Source: Candidatus Limnocylindrales bacterium (GTDB lineage: Bacteria > Moduliflexota > Moduliflexia > Moduliflexales > JAUQPW01). Taken from it: a DNA stretch of 64,000 bases. A program made the position numbers and the translations under genes. Positions within the stretch are counted from its first letter, which is position 1, and every line of letters starts with the position of its first letter. Location: contig DATMBG010000010.1 of the NCBI GenBank assembly GCA_035559535.1, positions 25,832 through 89,831 on the forward strand, in the 5' to 3' direction. Under the pieces are notes generated by a model. The model was not told the origin of the DNA, did no database searches, and worked only from the letters and a program-made list of their open reading frames with translations. Below, in pieces: positions 19,653-28,133 of this stretch.

Positions 19653-20509
19653 AGACTGTTTTCCTCCAAAAAATCTAAAACAATTTTAGAAAACTCCTGG
19701 GGGGCCTCTGCATGAACCCAATGTCCTACACCTTCCACAACCCGGATTTTAGCCCGGGGAAAAATTTTTTGGATGCTCCCCAGATCTTCATCCTGGATGT
19801 AGGGAGAATTTCCACCCTTGATGAACAGGGTTGGCTTCTCAAACTTTCGGTCTGTCTCTATCCCCTTGAGGAGTTCGTCATAGTTTTGATAAATAGCGTC
19901 CAGATTCATTCTCCATCGAAAACCACCGGATTCATCGGGTATTAAATTTTTAAGCAGGAATTGGCGGGTAGAAAAGTCCGGGATTTTCCCGGTCAAGGCC
20001 TCATCAACCTCCTTACGGGTCTTGAAGGATTTTAAATTTAAAGAATAAAGGGCGTTAAATATTTCCCCATGATGGGGCGGATAAGCCCTGGGAGCCATGT
20101 CCACCACCACGAGGGTATCTACCCTTTCGGGACAGGTAATCGCCAGTTGCATAGCTGTTTTAGCACCCATGGAGTGGCCCAGTACATGGGCGGAGGAAAG
20201 ATTTTGCTCCTGCATAAGCTGCAGGATATCCTCGGCCATTACGGTATAGTTAAGGGTTTCACTGTGGGGAGACCGGCCATGGTTACGTTGATCCACTGCG
20301 AAGACCTTAAAAAATTCCCCAAACACCTTACTTAGCCAGTGCCAGTTTTCCAGCGAGCCAAAAAGGCCGTGTAGAATGATCAGGGGATGGCCTTCTCCAT
20401 AAGTTTGATAATAGAGATGCATGATAAACCTCAAGCTCCCAGGAGCGGTTAAATAAGGATTCGACCCCGGTATTTCCGAAGCCCTTCTTATGTTACCGAC
20501 CGACGGCAA
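19649..20509 (-). CDS. alpha/beta-fold hydrolase
   Basis: HGLFGS oxyanion-hole region and the GHSMG nucleophile elbow; 286 aa. Confidence 0.7.
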   Translation of the reverse strand: MPSVGNIRRASEIPGSNPYLTAPGSLRFIMHLYYQTYGEGHPLIILHGLFGSLENWHWLSKVFGEFFKVFAVDQRNHGRSPHSETLNYTVMAEDILQLMQEQNLSSAHVLGHSMGAKTAMQLAITCPERVDTLVVVDMAPRAYPPHHGEIFNALYSLNLKSFKTRKEVDEALTGKIPDFSTRQFLLKNLIPDESGGFRWRMNLDAIYQNYDELLKGIETDRKFEKPTLFIKGGNSPYIQDEDLGSIQKIFPRAKIRVVEGVGHWVHAEAPQEFSKIVLDFLEENSL

Positions 20510-20614
20510 AAGTCCCCATATCTTTTCAGGGATAGGAAGTAAAGATCTGCTAAACCGGTTTTATCAGACCCTGTTCCCGCCACGGGTAGCATTTTACCTT
20601 ATTTCCTGCTTAGA

Positions 20615-21274
20615 TTAAAGGATAAATTTCAAAGAAGTTTTCTGTCCACCAGACACTTTTGCATAATGTTCATCAAAATTTAGCATATCCAAAAGGCTTT
20701 CGCCCTTATCCATCCGTTTATAAACCTCCTCTTCTTTACTCTGGATTTCTTGAGCGATGGGTAGGGCTTCGGATAATTCCTTGAGGCTTGCGACAAGAAT
20801 TCCATCCTCATCTCCGAAAACAATATCCCCGGGGTTCACCGTAACTCCCCCACAGGTTATGGGAATCTGGGTATCAAAAATTCGGGAGGTGGTACCGGAT
20901 AAGGGAGAGATAGATCTTGCATATACCGGGAGCTGTAAAGTTCGAATTCTCCAGGTATCTCGACAAGCCCCATCAACAATGATTCCGGCCAATCCTTTTC
21001 GTAGGGCTTCCCTGGTAAACAACTCACCGACCAAGGCCCGTGAACCCCCTTGACCATCAATCACCAGAACTTCTCCGGGTTGCGCATCTTTAAGGGCTTT
21101 GATGACCGTCAAAAAATCATTGTAGCAGGAAACCGTATGGGCAATACCTATAAGTTTTAAGCCCGATCGGATAGGACGTATTCCGGAGTCCAGGACTCTC
21201 AGGTTCTTGTTTGCATCGGAAAGGCAGGCCGTATCGAGTTTAGATAGAATTTCTTTACTTTGCTTGAAGTCCAT
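20615..21274 (-). CDS. RraA/MenG-like family protein (4-hydroxy-4-methyl-2-oxoglutarate aldolase / oxaloacetate decarboxylase family)
   Basis: GEVLVIDGQGG...GELFTREALRKGLAGIIVDGACRD matches the RraA-family signature. Confidence 0.65.
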   Translation of the reverse strand: MDFKQSKEILSKLDTACLSDANKNLRVLDSGIRPIRSGLKLIGIAHTVSCYNDFLTVIKALKDAQPGEVLVIDGQGGSRALVGELFTREALRKGLAGIIVDGACRDTWRIRTLQLPVYARSISPLSGTTSRIFDTQIPITCGGVTVNPGDIVFGDEDGILVASLKELSEALPIAQEIQSKEEEVYKRMDKGESLLDMLNFDEHYAKVSGGQKTSLKFIL

Positions 21275-21395
21275 GATGGACAGAGGCCAGGGGGTCAGAG
21301 ATCAGAATTCAAGGGTTTCCCTTCTGACTTCCAACTCTTGGCTTCTGGTTATACCATAACTTTGTTTACTTGGTTTTGCTTGACTTTTAAGTGGT

Positions 21396-21448
21396 CCCCA
21401 CCCCCGACCCCTCTCCCACGCTGCGGGAGAGGGGGATATTTGGGAAGG
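21396..21448. repeat. GC-rich REP-like element (CCCCACCCCCGACCCCTCTCCCAC...GGGAGAGGGGG)
   Basis: Same family as the element at 2957. Confidence 0.6.
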
Positions 21449-21508
21449 TGTAAAACGTAAAATACAATATCCGGCCACGAAGGTCAACAAGATATTGGAA
21501 TTCGTGGT

Positions 21509-21542
21509 ATCTGTAACAATTTTTTACAAAATTGTTACAGAT
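21509..21542. repeat. perfect 34-nt palindrome ATCTGTAACAATTTT-ttac-AAAATTGTTACAGAT
   Basis: 15-bp perfect arms and a 4-nt loop. It is AT-rich, has no following T-run, and sits in the intergenic region between two minus-strand genes. Confidence 0.6.
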
Positions 21543-21694
21543 ATCCGAGGACCTTCTCGAGTTGCCCGCCTTACGGAGGTAATATCCCGGAGGGGAATGA
21601 GGTTGTGCCGGGATGGAAGATACCGGTTAGAAACCCATTTTAGAATGGGTCCGAGACCTATCATTCTTCCTGCCTGGCAGGTTTTTATTCGAAT

Positions 21695-22891
21695 TCATTG
21701 GGAGAGGGGAATCTCGACGAAAAAAGAAGTTCCCTGATCTACCTGGCTGATTAAATCTACCTTACCTCCGTGGACCTGAATAATTCCGTAACTGACACTT
21801 AAACCAAGTCCCACTCCCTTACCCACCTCTTTGGAGGTGAAGAAAGGATCGAAAATCTTTTTTAAATGAGCTTCCGGAATACCGGCTCCATTATCGGATA
21901 GGGTAATTCGAATAAAGGGGAGCGGAAGATGGAGGAGGATTTCATCTGGAGGAAGTTTGGAAATTAATTCCGAGCTAATATATAAGTTTTTTTGTCTTTG
22001 GGACTTCAGCAAGGCTTCTTCGGCATTATCTATAATGTTTAAAAAAGCTTGCTGAAGCTGATAGAAATCACCCTGGATTTCAGGCAATCCAGGTGCTAAA
22101 TTCTTTGTAACCTGGATGTGATTTTGGGCCAGACTGGCGGCTCGTAACTCCAAAACACTTTCGAGAACTTCATTTATTTGAAGGGGTCGCTTGATGGGTT
22201 TAGATCCCCGCGTAAAGAGAAGAAGGTTTTGGATAATTTTATTAATACGATTGGCCTCTTTATTAATTTTTTCCAGGCTCTGGCGGACTTTTTCCTCCAG
22301 ACCGGGATCTTTAAGAAGCAACTGCGCATAACCCATTACTCCGGCCAGAGGATTATTAATCTCATGGGCGATTCCTGATAAAAGCTGACCTAAAGAAGCC
22401 ATCTTTTCGGCCTGAACCAATTGGTTTTGCGTGACTCTGAGCTGGTTTAAGGTCTCCTCCAATTTTTTATTGGTCTCCAGTATTTCCAGATTCTTCTGTT
22501 TCAGTTCTTGGGCAGCTTCTCTTTTTTCCAGGCCCCTTCGAATGGTAATCTTTAACTCTTCATCTGAACAGGGTTTGTTGAGATAATAGTAAGCTCCCTT
22601 GCTCATGGCCTCAATGGCACTGCTCATAGATCCATATCCTGTCAGGACCACCACAATAGTATCCGGGAAAACTTTCTTAACCTCTTCTAAAACTTCTAAC
22701 CCTGTTATATCCTGGAGTTTTAAGTCCGTTAAAACCAGATCGAATTCCGTTTGTCGAATTTTCTCTATGGCTCCCCGCCCATTTGCAACCGTTACGATAT
22801 GGTATCCTTCTTGTTCCAGCTTTTTTTCCAGAACCAGCCGTACCAACTCCTCATCCTCTACGATGAGGATACTCTTTTTTGAGTTTCCCAT
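21695..22891 (-). CDS. hybrid two-component protein: N-terminal receiver domain + HisKA + HATPase_c histidine kinase
   Basis: ILIVEDEELVR...DLVLTDLKL (REC), SGIAHEINNPL (H-box) and a C-terminal GxGxG ATPase. Confidence 0.8.
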   Translation of the reverse strand: MGNSKKSILIVEDEELVRLVLEKKLEQEGYHIVTVANGRGAIEKIRQTEFDLVLTDLKLQDITGLEVLEEVKKVFPDTIVVVLTGYGSMSSAIEAMSKGAYYYLNKPCSDEELKITIRRGLEKREAAQELKQKNLEILETNKKLEETLNQLRVTQNQLVQAEKMASLGQLLSGIAHEINNPLAGVMGYAQLLLKDPGLEEKVRQSLEKINKEANRINKIIQNLLLFTRGSKPIKRPLQINEVLESVLELRAASLAQNHIQVTKNLAPGLPEIQGDFYQLQQAFLNIIDNAEEALLKSQRQKNLYISSELISKLPPDEILLHLPLPFIRITLSDNGAGIPEAHLKKIFDPFFTSKEVGKGVGLGLSVSYGIIQVHGGKVDLISQVDQGTSFFVEIPLSQ

Positions 22892-23170
22892 GGATTTTAT
22901 CTCCTATACCAGATGAGAAAAGCTTTTACCGCCTTATTTCAAAATCTCTGTAACCGGAGAGGTTCAAAATGGCTATGATTTAGAAGTATGCCTCCAAGCA
23001 TAGGATTTCTTCTCGGACTTGTCAACGAAATTTTTATGTGCCTTTTTATTTGACAAGCTATAAAACCTCATGATATGTTTTTTTCGATTTTTCTACTTGT
23101 TTTAGCTTTCTCTTAATCCAGAGGTTAGGATCCATGATATCAGAATTTATCTTTTAGAACATGATGGAAT

Positions 23171-23932
23171 ATGGCTAAGATATTGTTAATAAGTTCGGAC
23201 CCGATTACAAACGGTTACTTGATTCCTGTTTTGGAGCTTGCCGATCATACGGTAATCCGGATAGATTCGTTAGAGGCAGCTTTACATCTCCTGCTTCATC
23301 AGGCTCGGGAAGAAAAAGAACCCCTTCCGGAGCTCGTAATGGTAGAGGGTCATATGTTGGGAGGTATTTCCCCTTTAGAGTTCCAGAATAAAGTAAAGAC
23401 TCTTTTGAGAGGAACCCAGCCAGAGACTCCCATCCTGTTTATTTTGGAAGAGGGGAGTTTAACCCAGGATGCTAAGGACACCCTCAAAGGGCAAATCACC
23501 TATCTTGTAAAACCTACCCATATCTCTGCCTTTTCGGATTTTTTCAGAGAGCTTCGGAGCTCTTTAGATCAGCTTTCTCGATCCGGTGGAGGGAGTTTGA
23601 GTAAACATACATCCCTGGTAGCCAATCTGGCCGAAGAACATCTGCCTTCCCTGCTTCATATGTTAAGTTTGGTAAGGGCCTCTGGATATGCGACTTTGAC
23701 AAATCCCAGAACGAAGCAAACAGGTACACTCCACCTGCGGTATGGAGATGTTACCAAAGCGATTCTGGTGGATACGACGAGTTCTCCTAAACGGAGGCTA
23801 GAAGGAACCGAAGCCCTTCAAGCCCTTGTAGATTGGGAAGAAGGAGTTTTTTCCTTCGGACGAGCAGACCCTGAAAAAATGCCAAAGGGGGAATCAGCCC
23901 GCTGGGTTGTGTTGAAATGTGGAATTCGTTAA
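23171..23932 (+). CDS. pseudo-receiver domain protein (Glu at the phospho-acceptor position) with C-terminal domain of unknown function
   Basis: The N-terminal 120 aa has the CheY-like pattern (ILLISSDP ... LVMVEGHM ... LVKPT) but the acceptor is E. The C-terminal ~110 aa may be a DUF4388-like module; I cannot verify this. Confidence 0.45.
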   Translation: MAKILLISSDPITNGYLIPVLELADHTVIRIDSLEAALHLLLHQAREEKEPLPELVMVEGHMLGGISPLEFQNKVKTLLRGTQPETPILFILEEGSLTQDAKDTLKGQITYLVKPTHISAFSDFFRELRSSLDQLSRSGGGSLSKHTSLVANLAEEHLPSLLHMLSLVRASGYATLTNPRTKQTGTLHLRYGDVTKAILVDTTSSPKRRLEGTEALQALVDWEEGVFSFGRADPEKMPKGESARWVVLKCGIR

Positions 23933-23956
23933 CCCACTTTTTCACTATCCAGGAGA

Positions 23957-25921
23957 ATGGCGGGAATGATGCTTAATCTTCAAGAACTGAGAAAGAGCGC
24001 ATTATTTACAGGGGTAGAGGTAGCAGAACTCCGGAGAGTTCTCCCTCAATTGGAGAAAAAATATTACTCCCGAGGGGCCATCATCTTTAAAGAAGGAGAT
24101 CCCAGTCAGGCTCTGTATCTTATCCTCTCGGGACAGGTCAAAATCATCGAACGAAATCAACAGGGACGACCGGAGGTACTCATGTACCTGCACGCCGGAG
24201 ATTTTTTTGGTGAAACTTCGGTTATCACCCATGAAATCAGATCCGTTACCGCAGAGGTGGTCATCGATGCAGAGATCCTCATCATCCCTAAAGCAGTTTT
24301 TGAAGAGATCTATCATCGAGAGCCTAAGATCTTACACAACGTCATTAGAACCCTGAGTCAAAGGCTCTCCTTAAAAACCAAAGGACTTGTCCAACGTAAC
24401 CCCAAAACCCATAGTATTATAGCCATTTACCATCCTAGGAAAGAAATCGAAGGCGCTTTCTTAACGAGTAACCTGGCCGCCAGCATTTTGAAACAAACCG
24501 AAACCTCGGTCGCCGTCTTAGATCTCTCCCTTAAGAATCCTAATCTGGTCAAGATTTTGAGGCTGGATTCAGACAAAGAAATTAAGGACGAAGAAATCAA
24601 TCAGGAACTCGTAGAAAAGATGTTGATTTCCCATCCCTCGGGTTTAGAGCTTTTAGCTTTATCTCCTGAATTTCTTAGAGAAGGGAAAATCGGTCGAGAG
24701 AAAATAGCCCGGATTTTATCTATTCTCAAGGAGAAGTTTAGCTATACGGTAATAAATACGAGTCCGGAAATTACAAAAGGTACTTTTGAAGCTTTAGACC
24801 TATCGGACAAAATTGTCCTTTTAATTCCCTTTGGGGAAGAACCTCCGGTCCATATGTTCGATCAGCAGGAGGTTATCACTGTATATTACCAGACCCCTCA
24901 ACACCCTGGTGCAGTGGAGGAGTTCTTGACAGGAGCGCCACCTTTGATAATAGATTGGGGGCCTGAATTCCTCGAGCCGTTTCATAAAGCCGGGGAATTG
25001 ATTGTTGAGAAAGCTTCAGATAATCCTACCAGTGAGGCCATTCATAGGTTGGCCAGGCACATTACCGGGCTAAAATTGGGTATTGCCCTGGGCGGGGTTG
25101 CGGCAAGGGGATTGGCCCATATAGGGGTTCTGGATGTCCTGGAACAGAATAAGATACCCATAGACCTCATAGCAGCCACCAACACCGGAGCGATCATTGG
25201 AGCAGCCTATGCTTCGGGAGTCAGAAGTAAAAATCTCATCGAGATCGCCTCCCAATTGGCCTATGAGTATGAATTGGGGACCTTGAGGGACTTCAGGATT
25301 TTTCAAGGGGGATTCCTATCAAACAAAAAAGTTCTTAAACTCATTGCAAGCTTTCTGGGACCCTTGAAGACGTTTGGCCGGTTAAAAATCCCCCTTCGGA
25401 TTATTACCATGGAATTAGAAACCGGAAAAGACGTTGCCTTTGAAAAGGGTTCTTTATGGGATGCCCTTCAAGCCTCCATGGCCGTACCAGGTCTGTTTCC
25501 ACCTGTAAAGATAGGAGGAAAAACTTTTGTAGATGGGTCCAACATAAATCCCATTCCGGTCAGCCATCTTATCGAAATGCGCGCCGATATTGTCGTAGGG
25601 GTTAATGCGTTGTCCCCTCTGAGACGGTATTTCTCCACCGGTTCCGGAGATATGGAAAAAAGTACTCGGGAAGAGGCTTTAACCGAAGATTGGAAGATGA
25701 TGGATATCATCATGAGATCATTCCAAAAATTGCAACATGAGATAGGCCTTTCCAAAGCCACTCTGGCAGATCTTACCATCACACCTGAGGTTACCGGATT
25801 CAGTTGGAAGGACTTTAAAAGAGCACCTGAAATTATCGACGCCGGTCGAAGGGCTGCCGAGCAAGCGTTACCTAAACTTTTAGAAATTCGGAGTAAGCGA
25901 AAACTCTACAGGCGAAGTTAG
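23957..25921 (+). CDS. cyclic-nucleotide-binding domain + patatin-like phospholipase domain protein (neuropathy-target-esterase-like architecture)
   Basis: Residues 10-120 form a CAP-type cNMP-binding domain (FGETS ... IRSVTAE). Residues 370-560 form a patatin domain (GIALGGVAARGLAHIGVL, DGSNINPIPV). The nucleophile motif reads ATNTG instead of GxSxG. Confidence 0.75.
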   Translation: MAGMMLNLQELRKSALFTGVEVAELRRVLPQLEKKYYSRGAIIFKEGDPSQALYLILSGQVKIIERNQQGRPEVLMYLHAGDFFGETSVITHEIRSVTAEVVIDAEILIIPKAVFEEIYHREPKILHNVIRTLSQRLSLKTKGLVQRNPKTHSIIAIYHPRKEIEGAFLTSNLAASILKQTETSVAVLDLSLKNPNLVKILRLDSDKEIKDEEINQELVEKMLISHPSGLELLALSPEFLREGKIGREKIARILSILKEKFSYTVINTSPEITKGTFEALDLSDKIVLLIPFGEEPPVHMFDQQEVITVYYQTPQHPGAVEEFLTGAPPLIIDWGPEFLEPFHKAGELIVEKASDNPTSEAIHRLARHITGLKLGIALGGVAARGLAHIGVLDVLEQNKIPIDLIAATNTGAIIGAAYASGVRSKNLIEIASQLAYEYELGTLRDFRIFQGGFLSNKKVLKLIASFLGPLKTFGRLKIPLRIITMELETGKDVAFEKGSLWDALQASMAVPGLFPPVKIGGKTFVDGSNINPIPVSHLIEMRADIVVGVNALSPLRRYFSTGSGDMEKSTREEALTEDWKMMDIIMRSFQKLQHEIGLSKATLADLTITPEVTGFSWKDFKRAPEIIDAGRRAAEQALPKLLEIRSKRKLYRRS

Positions 25922-26733
25922 GAAATGTTTTCCTTCCGTCTCTTAGCCAGTTCCAGCTCCCGGGTATATTGATTAAGTAAATATTGGGTGTAAGGTCTAT
26001 TTTTATTTGAAGCCTTAGTCAGGAGCTGCTCGCAGGTTTCTTTCGCTTTCTGTAAGTATTCAATGGCTTTATCTAAAGAGTTTACATTTTTATTAACCCC
26101 AAAATCAGCTTCGTACTCGGCTGCAATATTTCCATAACTGATGGCTTCCGCTTCCCGGGCATAGGCCACCATGTCACTATCCCTCTCAACTCCCGGCATA
26201 TCCCGTAAGGCTTTAAAAGTTGCGGCAGCTTCTTTGTAGAGATCGACCACATTCTGCTGGAATCGGCCTTTCTCCTTTTCATTCAACCTAGCAGCCTGGG
26301 CCGTCTGTAAGATTCCACTGAGGATATAGAAAAGTTCCCGCTCCCGGGGATTTGCGTTTAACATAATGCTGCTTCCTTGCTGGATGGTTTCTTCGGCCTC
26401 CTTAAACTCCCCCAGCTCAATATAAGCAAAGGCCTGCAAAGCATAAGCCTGGGCCAGAACCTGCAAATTTCCCAGGTGTTTTGGATCTTTGGTTTCTTCC
26501 TCAATGATTTTTTGAAAAGAGAGGATAGCGTCTCTATAAGCCTGATCAGCCTGAGGGTCCTCCCCATTTATACGATATACAGATGCCAGGTTAAATAACT
26601 CTCTGGCCCGCGTTAATTCTCTGGGGGTACATCCTGCAATGAGAATTATCACACAAATATAGACCAGCCGGAATTTATTAGGCAACCGGGAAGCTATCAT
26701 AGACCCTTCGTGTCCTTTACGCCTTCTCTGCAA
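25918..26733 (-). CDS. TPR-repeat lipoprotein
   Basis: Signal peptide plus lipobox (LIAGCT), and TPR-like helical repeats. Confidence 0.5.
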   Translation of the reverse strand: MQRRRKGHEGSMIASRLPNKFRLVYICVIILIAGCTPRELTRARELFNLASVYRINGEDPQADQAYRDAILSFQKIIEEETKDPKHLGNLQVLAQAYALQAFAYIELGEFKEAEETIQQGSSIMLNANPRERELFYILSGILQTAQAARLNEKEKGRFQQNVVDLYKEAAATFKALRDMPGVERDSDMVAYAREAEAISYGNIAAEYEADFGVNKNVNSLDKAIEYLQKAKETCEQLLTKASNKNRPYTQYLLNQYTRELELAKRRKENIS

Positions 26734-26842
26734 ACTTTGCGGTTAAAAATTAAACCGCAGAGAATGCCGGGAAAGAAGAAAACAGAATAGAAATCCTAAT
26801 GGATTTTTTTATCCAGTTCTCACGATTCTCAGAAAAGAGATT

Positions 26843-28129
26843 TTAAGCTCTCCCATAAATCTCCCGTAGTTCTGCTTCGGCCCATTCTAAAACCTTTTTA
26901 GGTGGTTCACCCTGAACGGCCTTTGCAAAGACATCTACAATGATATACTTTGAGATGGCTTCCGAGGCGGCACGAGAAGGGGGGCCGGCATAACCGAGGG
27001 AGCGACTGTATCGTCCTACATCTCGAAACCCGATCATTTTAGGATCTTTTTGCCAAAGGGGATGGTTTTCCTGATCAGGACCCGGTCCGATAAGATATCC
27101 TTGAGCCACATCCAGCCATTTATAGTAATTTTCCTTTGCCATGAGAAATTGCAAAAACTCCCGGGCGGCCCCTTGATTTTTAGAATACTTCATGATGGCG
27201 TGCTCAAAGGTTAAAATCCCGGTAAACCTTCCAGCCGGACCTCTTAAAGTCCTTCCATGGTTAATCTTCCTGGCCAGCTCCGGATAATCCTTCTTGGCAA
27301 CCAGATAAATACTGGCTCCGTTGAGGGTACAGGAAATCTGCTCAGCCAAAAAGGCCCGGTTGTTACTGGTATCGTCCCAGGAAAGACCCGTCTCATCCAT
27401 GGCATCCCGCCAGAGTTCTACCATAAATTCCACCGCCTGCAGGCTCTCCGGACTGTTGATGGCGACGGTTTTACCATCGGCTTCTACCTCTTTACCCCCA
27501 AAGGCCCATAAAAGATCCAGACAAAAGCCCGGGGCATCTCCAAAGGTATGTCCCAACGATTGTCCAAAGGGATGTCCTCGCCTCTTGAGCTCTTTTCCAA
27601 TTCGATAATATTCCTCCCAGGTATCCGGAAATTTCTCCACCCCCACTTCCTGGAACCAATCCTCTCGATACACGTGCAAGCCTGAAGCTGCATGATAGGG
27701 TACGGCTTTATAGTGACCGGAAATGTTGCAGTAGTCCTCAAAGGACTTATAAAGACCTCCATACCTTGCTTTGACTTCTTCCGCCAGATCATCTACATCG
27801 ATACATCCACTGGCGTATAAGTGGGGCCAGTTTCGGAGCATCTGGATAATATCTGGGCCTATTCCGTTCTCGACGGCTGCTGCAATTCGGGCCTGAAGAT
27901 CATTGGCATTGATCGTCTCAATGGTTACCTTCACCCCCATCTGTTTTCCCCATTCACTGGCCTGTCTTTGAAGCTCTACATCCGCCTGGGAAATAAAATT
28001 ACTCCATTGAAGCAGGTGGAGCTGGGTTCCTTTTAAAATAGCCGGAAAAGAAAGGGAAGATTGACCGGCTTCTAATACCATTCCTGCTGCAGTGGCAGCA
28101 GTGGCTTTCAGAAATTCCCTTCGATTCAT
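26843..28129 (-). CDS. ABC transporter solute-binding protein (family 1, sugar-type) with Tat signal
   Basis: MNRREFLKATAATAAGM twin-arginine signal; 428 aa extracellular solute-binding fold. No permease or ATPase genes adjacent. Confidence 0.65.
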   Translation of the reverse strand: MNRREFLKATAATAAGMVLEAGQSSLSFPAILKGTQLHLLQWSNFISQADVELQRQASEWGKQMGVKVTIETINANDLQARIAAAVENGIGPDIIQMLRNWPHLYASGCIDVDDLAEEVKARYGGLYKSFEDYCNISGHYKAVPYHAASGLHVYREDWFQEVGVEKFPDTWEEYYRIGKELKRRGHPFGQSLGHTFGDAPGFCLDLLWAFGGKEVEADGKTVAINSPESLQAVEFMVELWRDAMDETGLSWDDTSNNRAFLAEQISCTLNGASIYLVAKKDYPELARKINHGRTLRGPAGRFTGILTFEHAIMKYSKNQGAAREFLQFLMAKENYYKWLDVAQGYLIGPGPDQENHPLWQKDPKMIGFRDVGRYSRSLGYAGPPSRAASEAISKYIIVDVFAKAVQGEPPKKVLEWAEAELREIYGRA

Positions 28130-28133
28130 TTTC

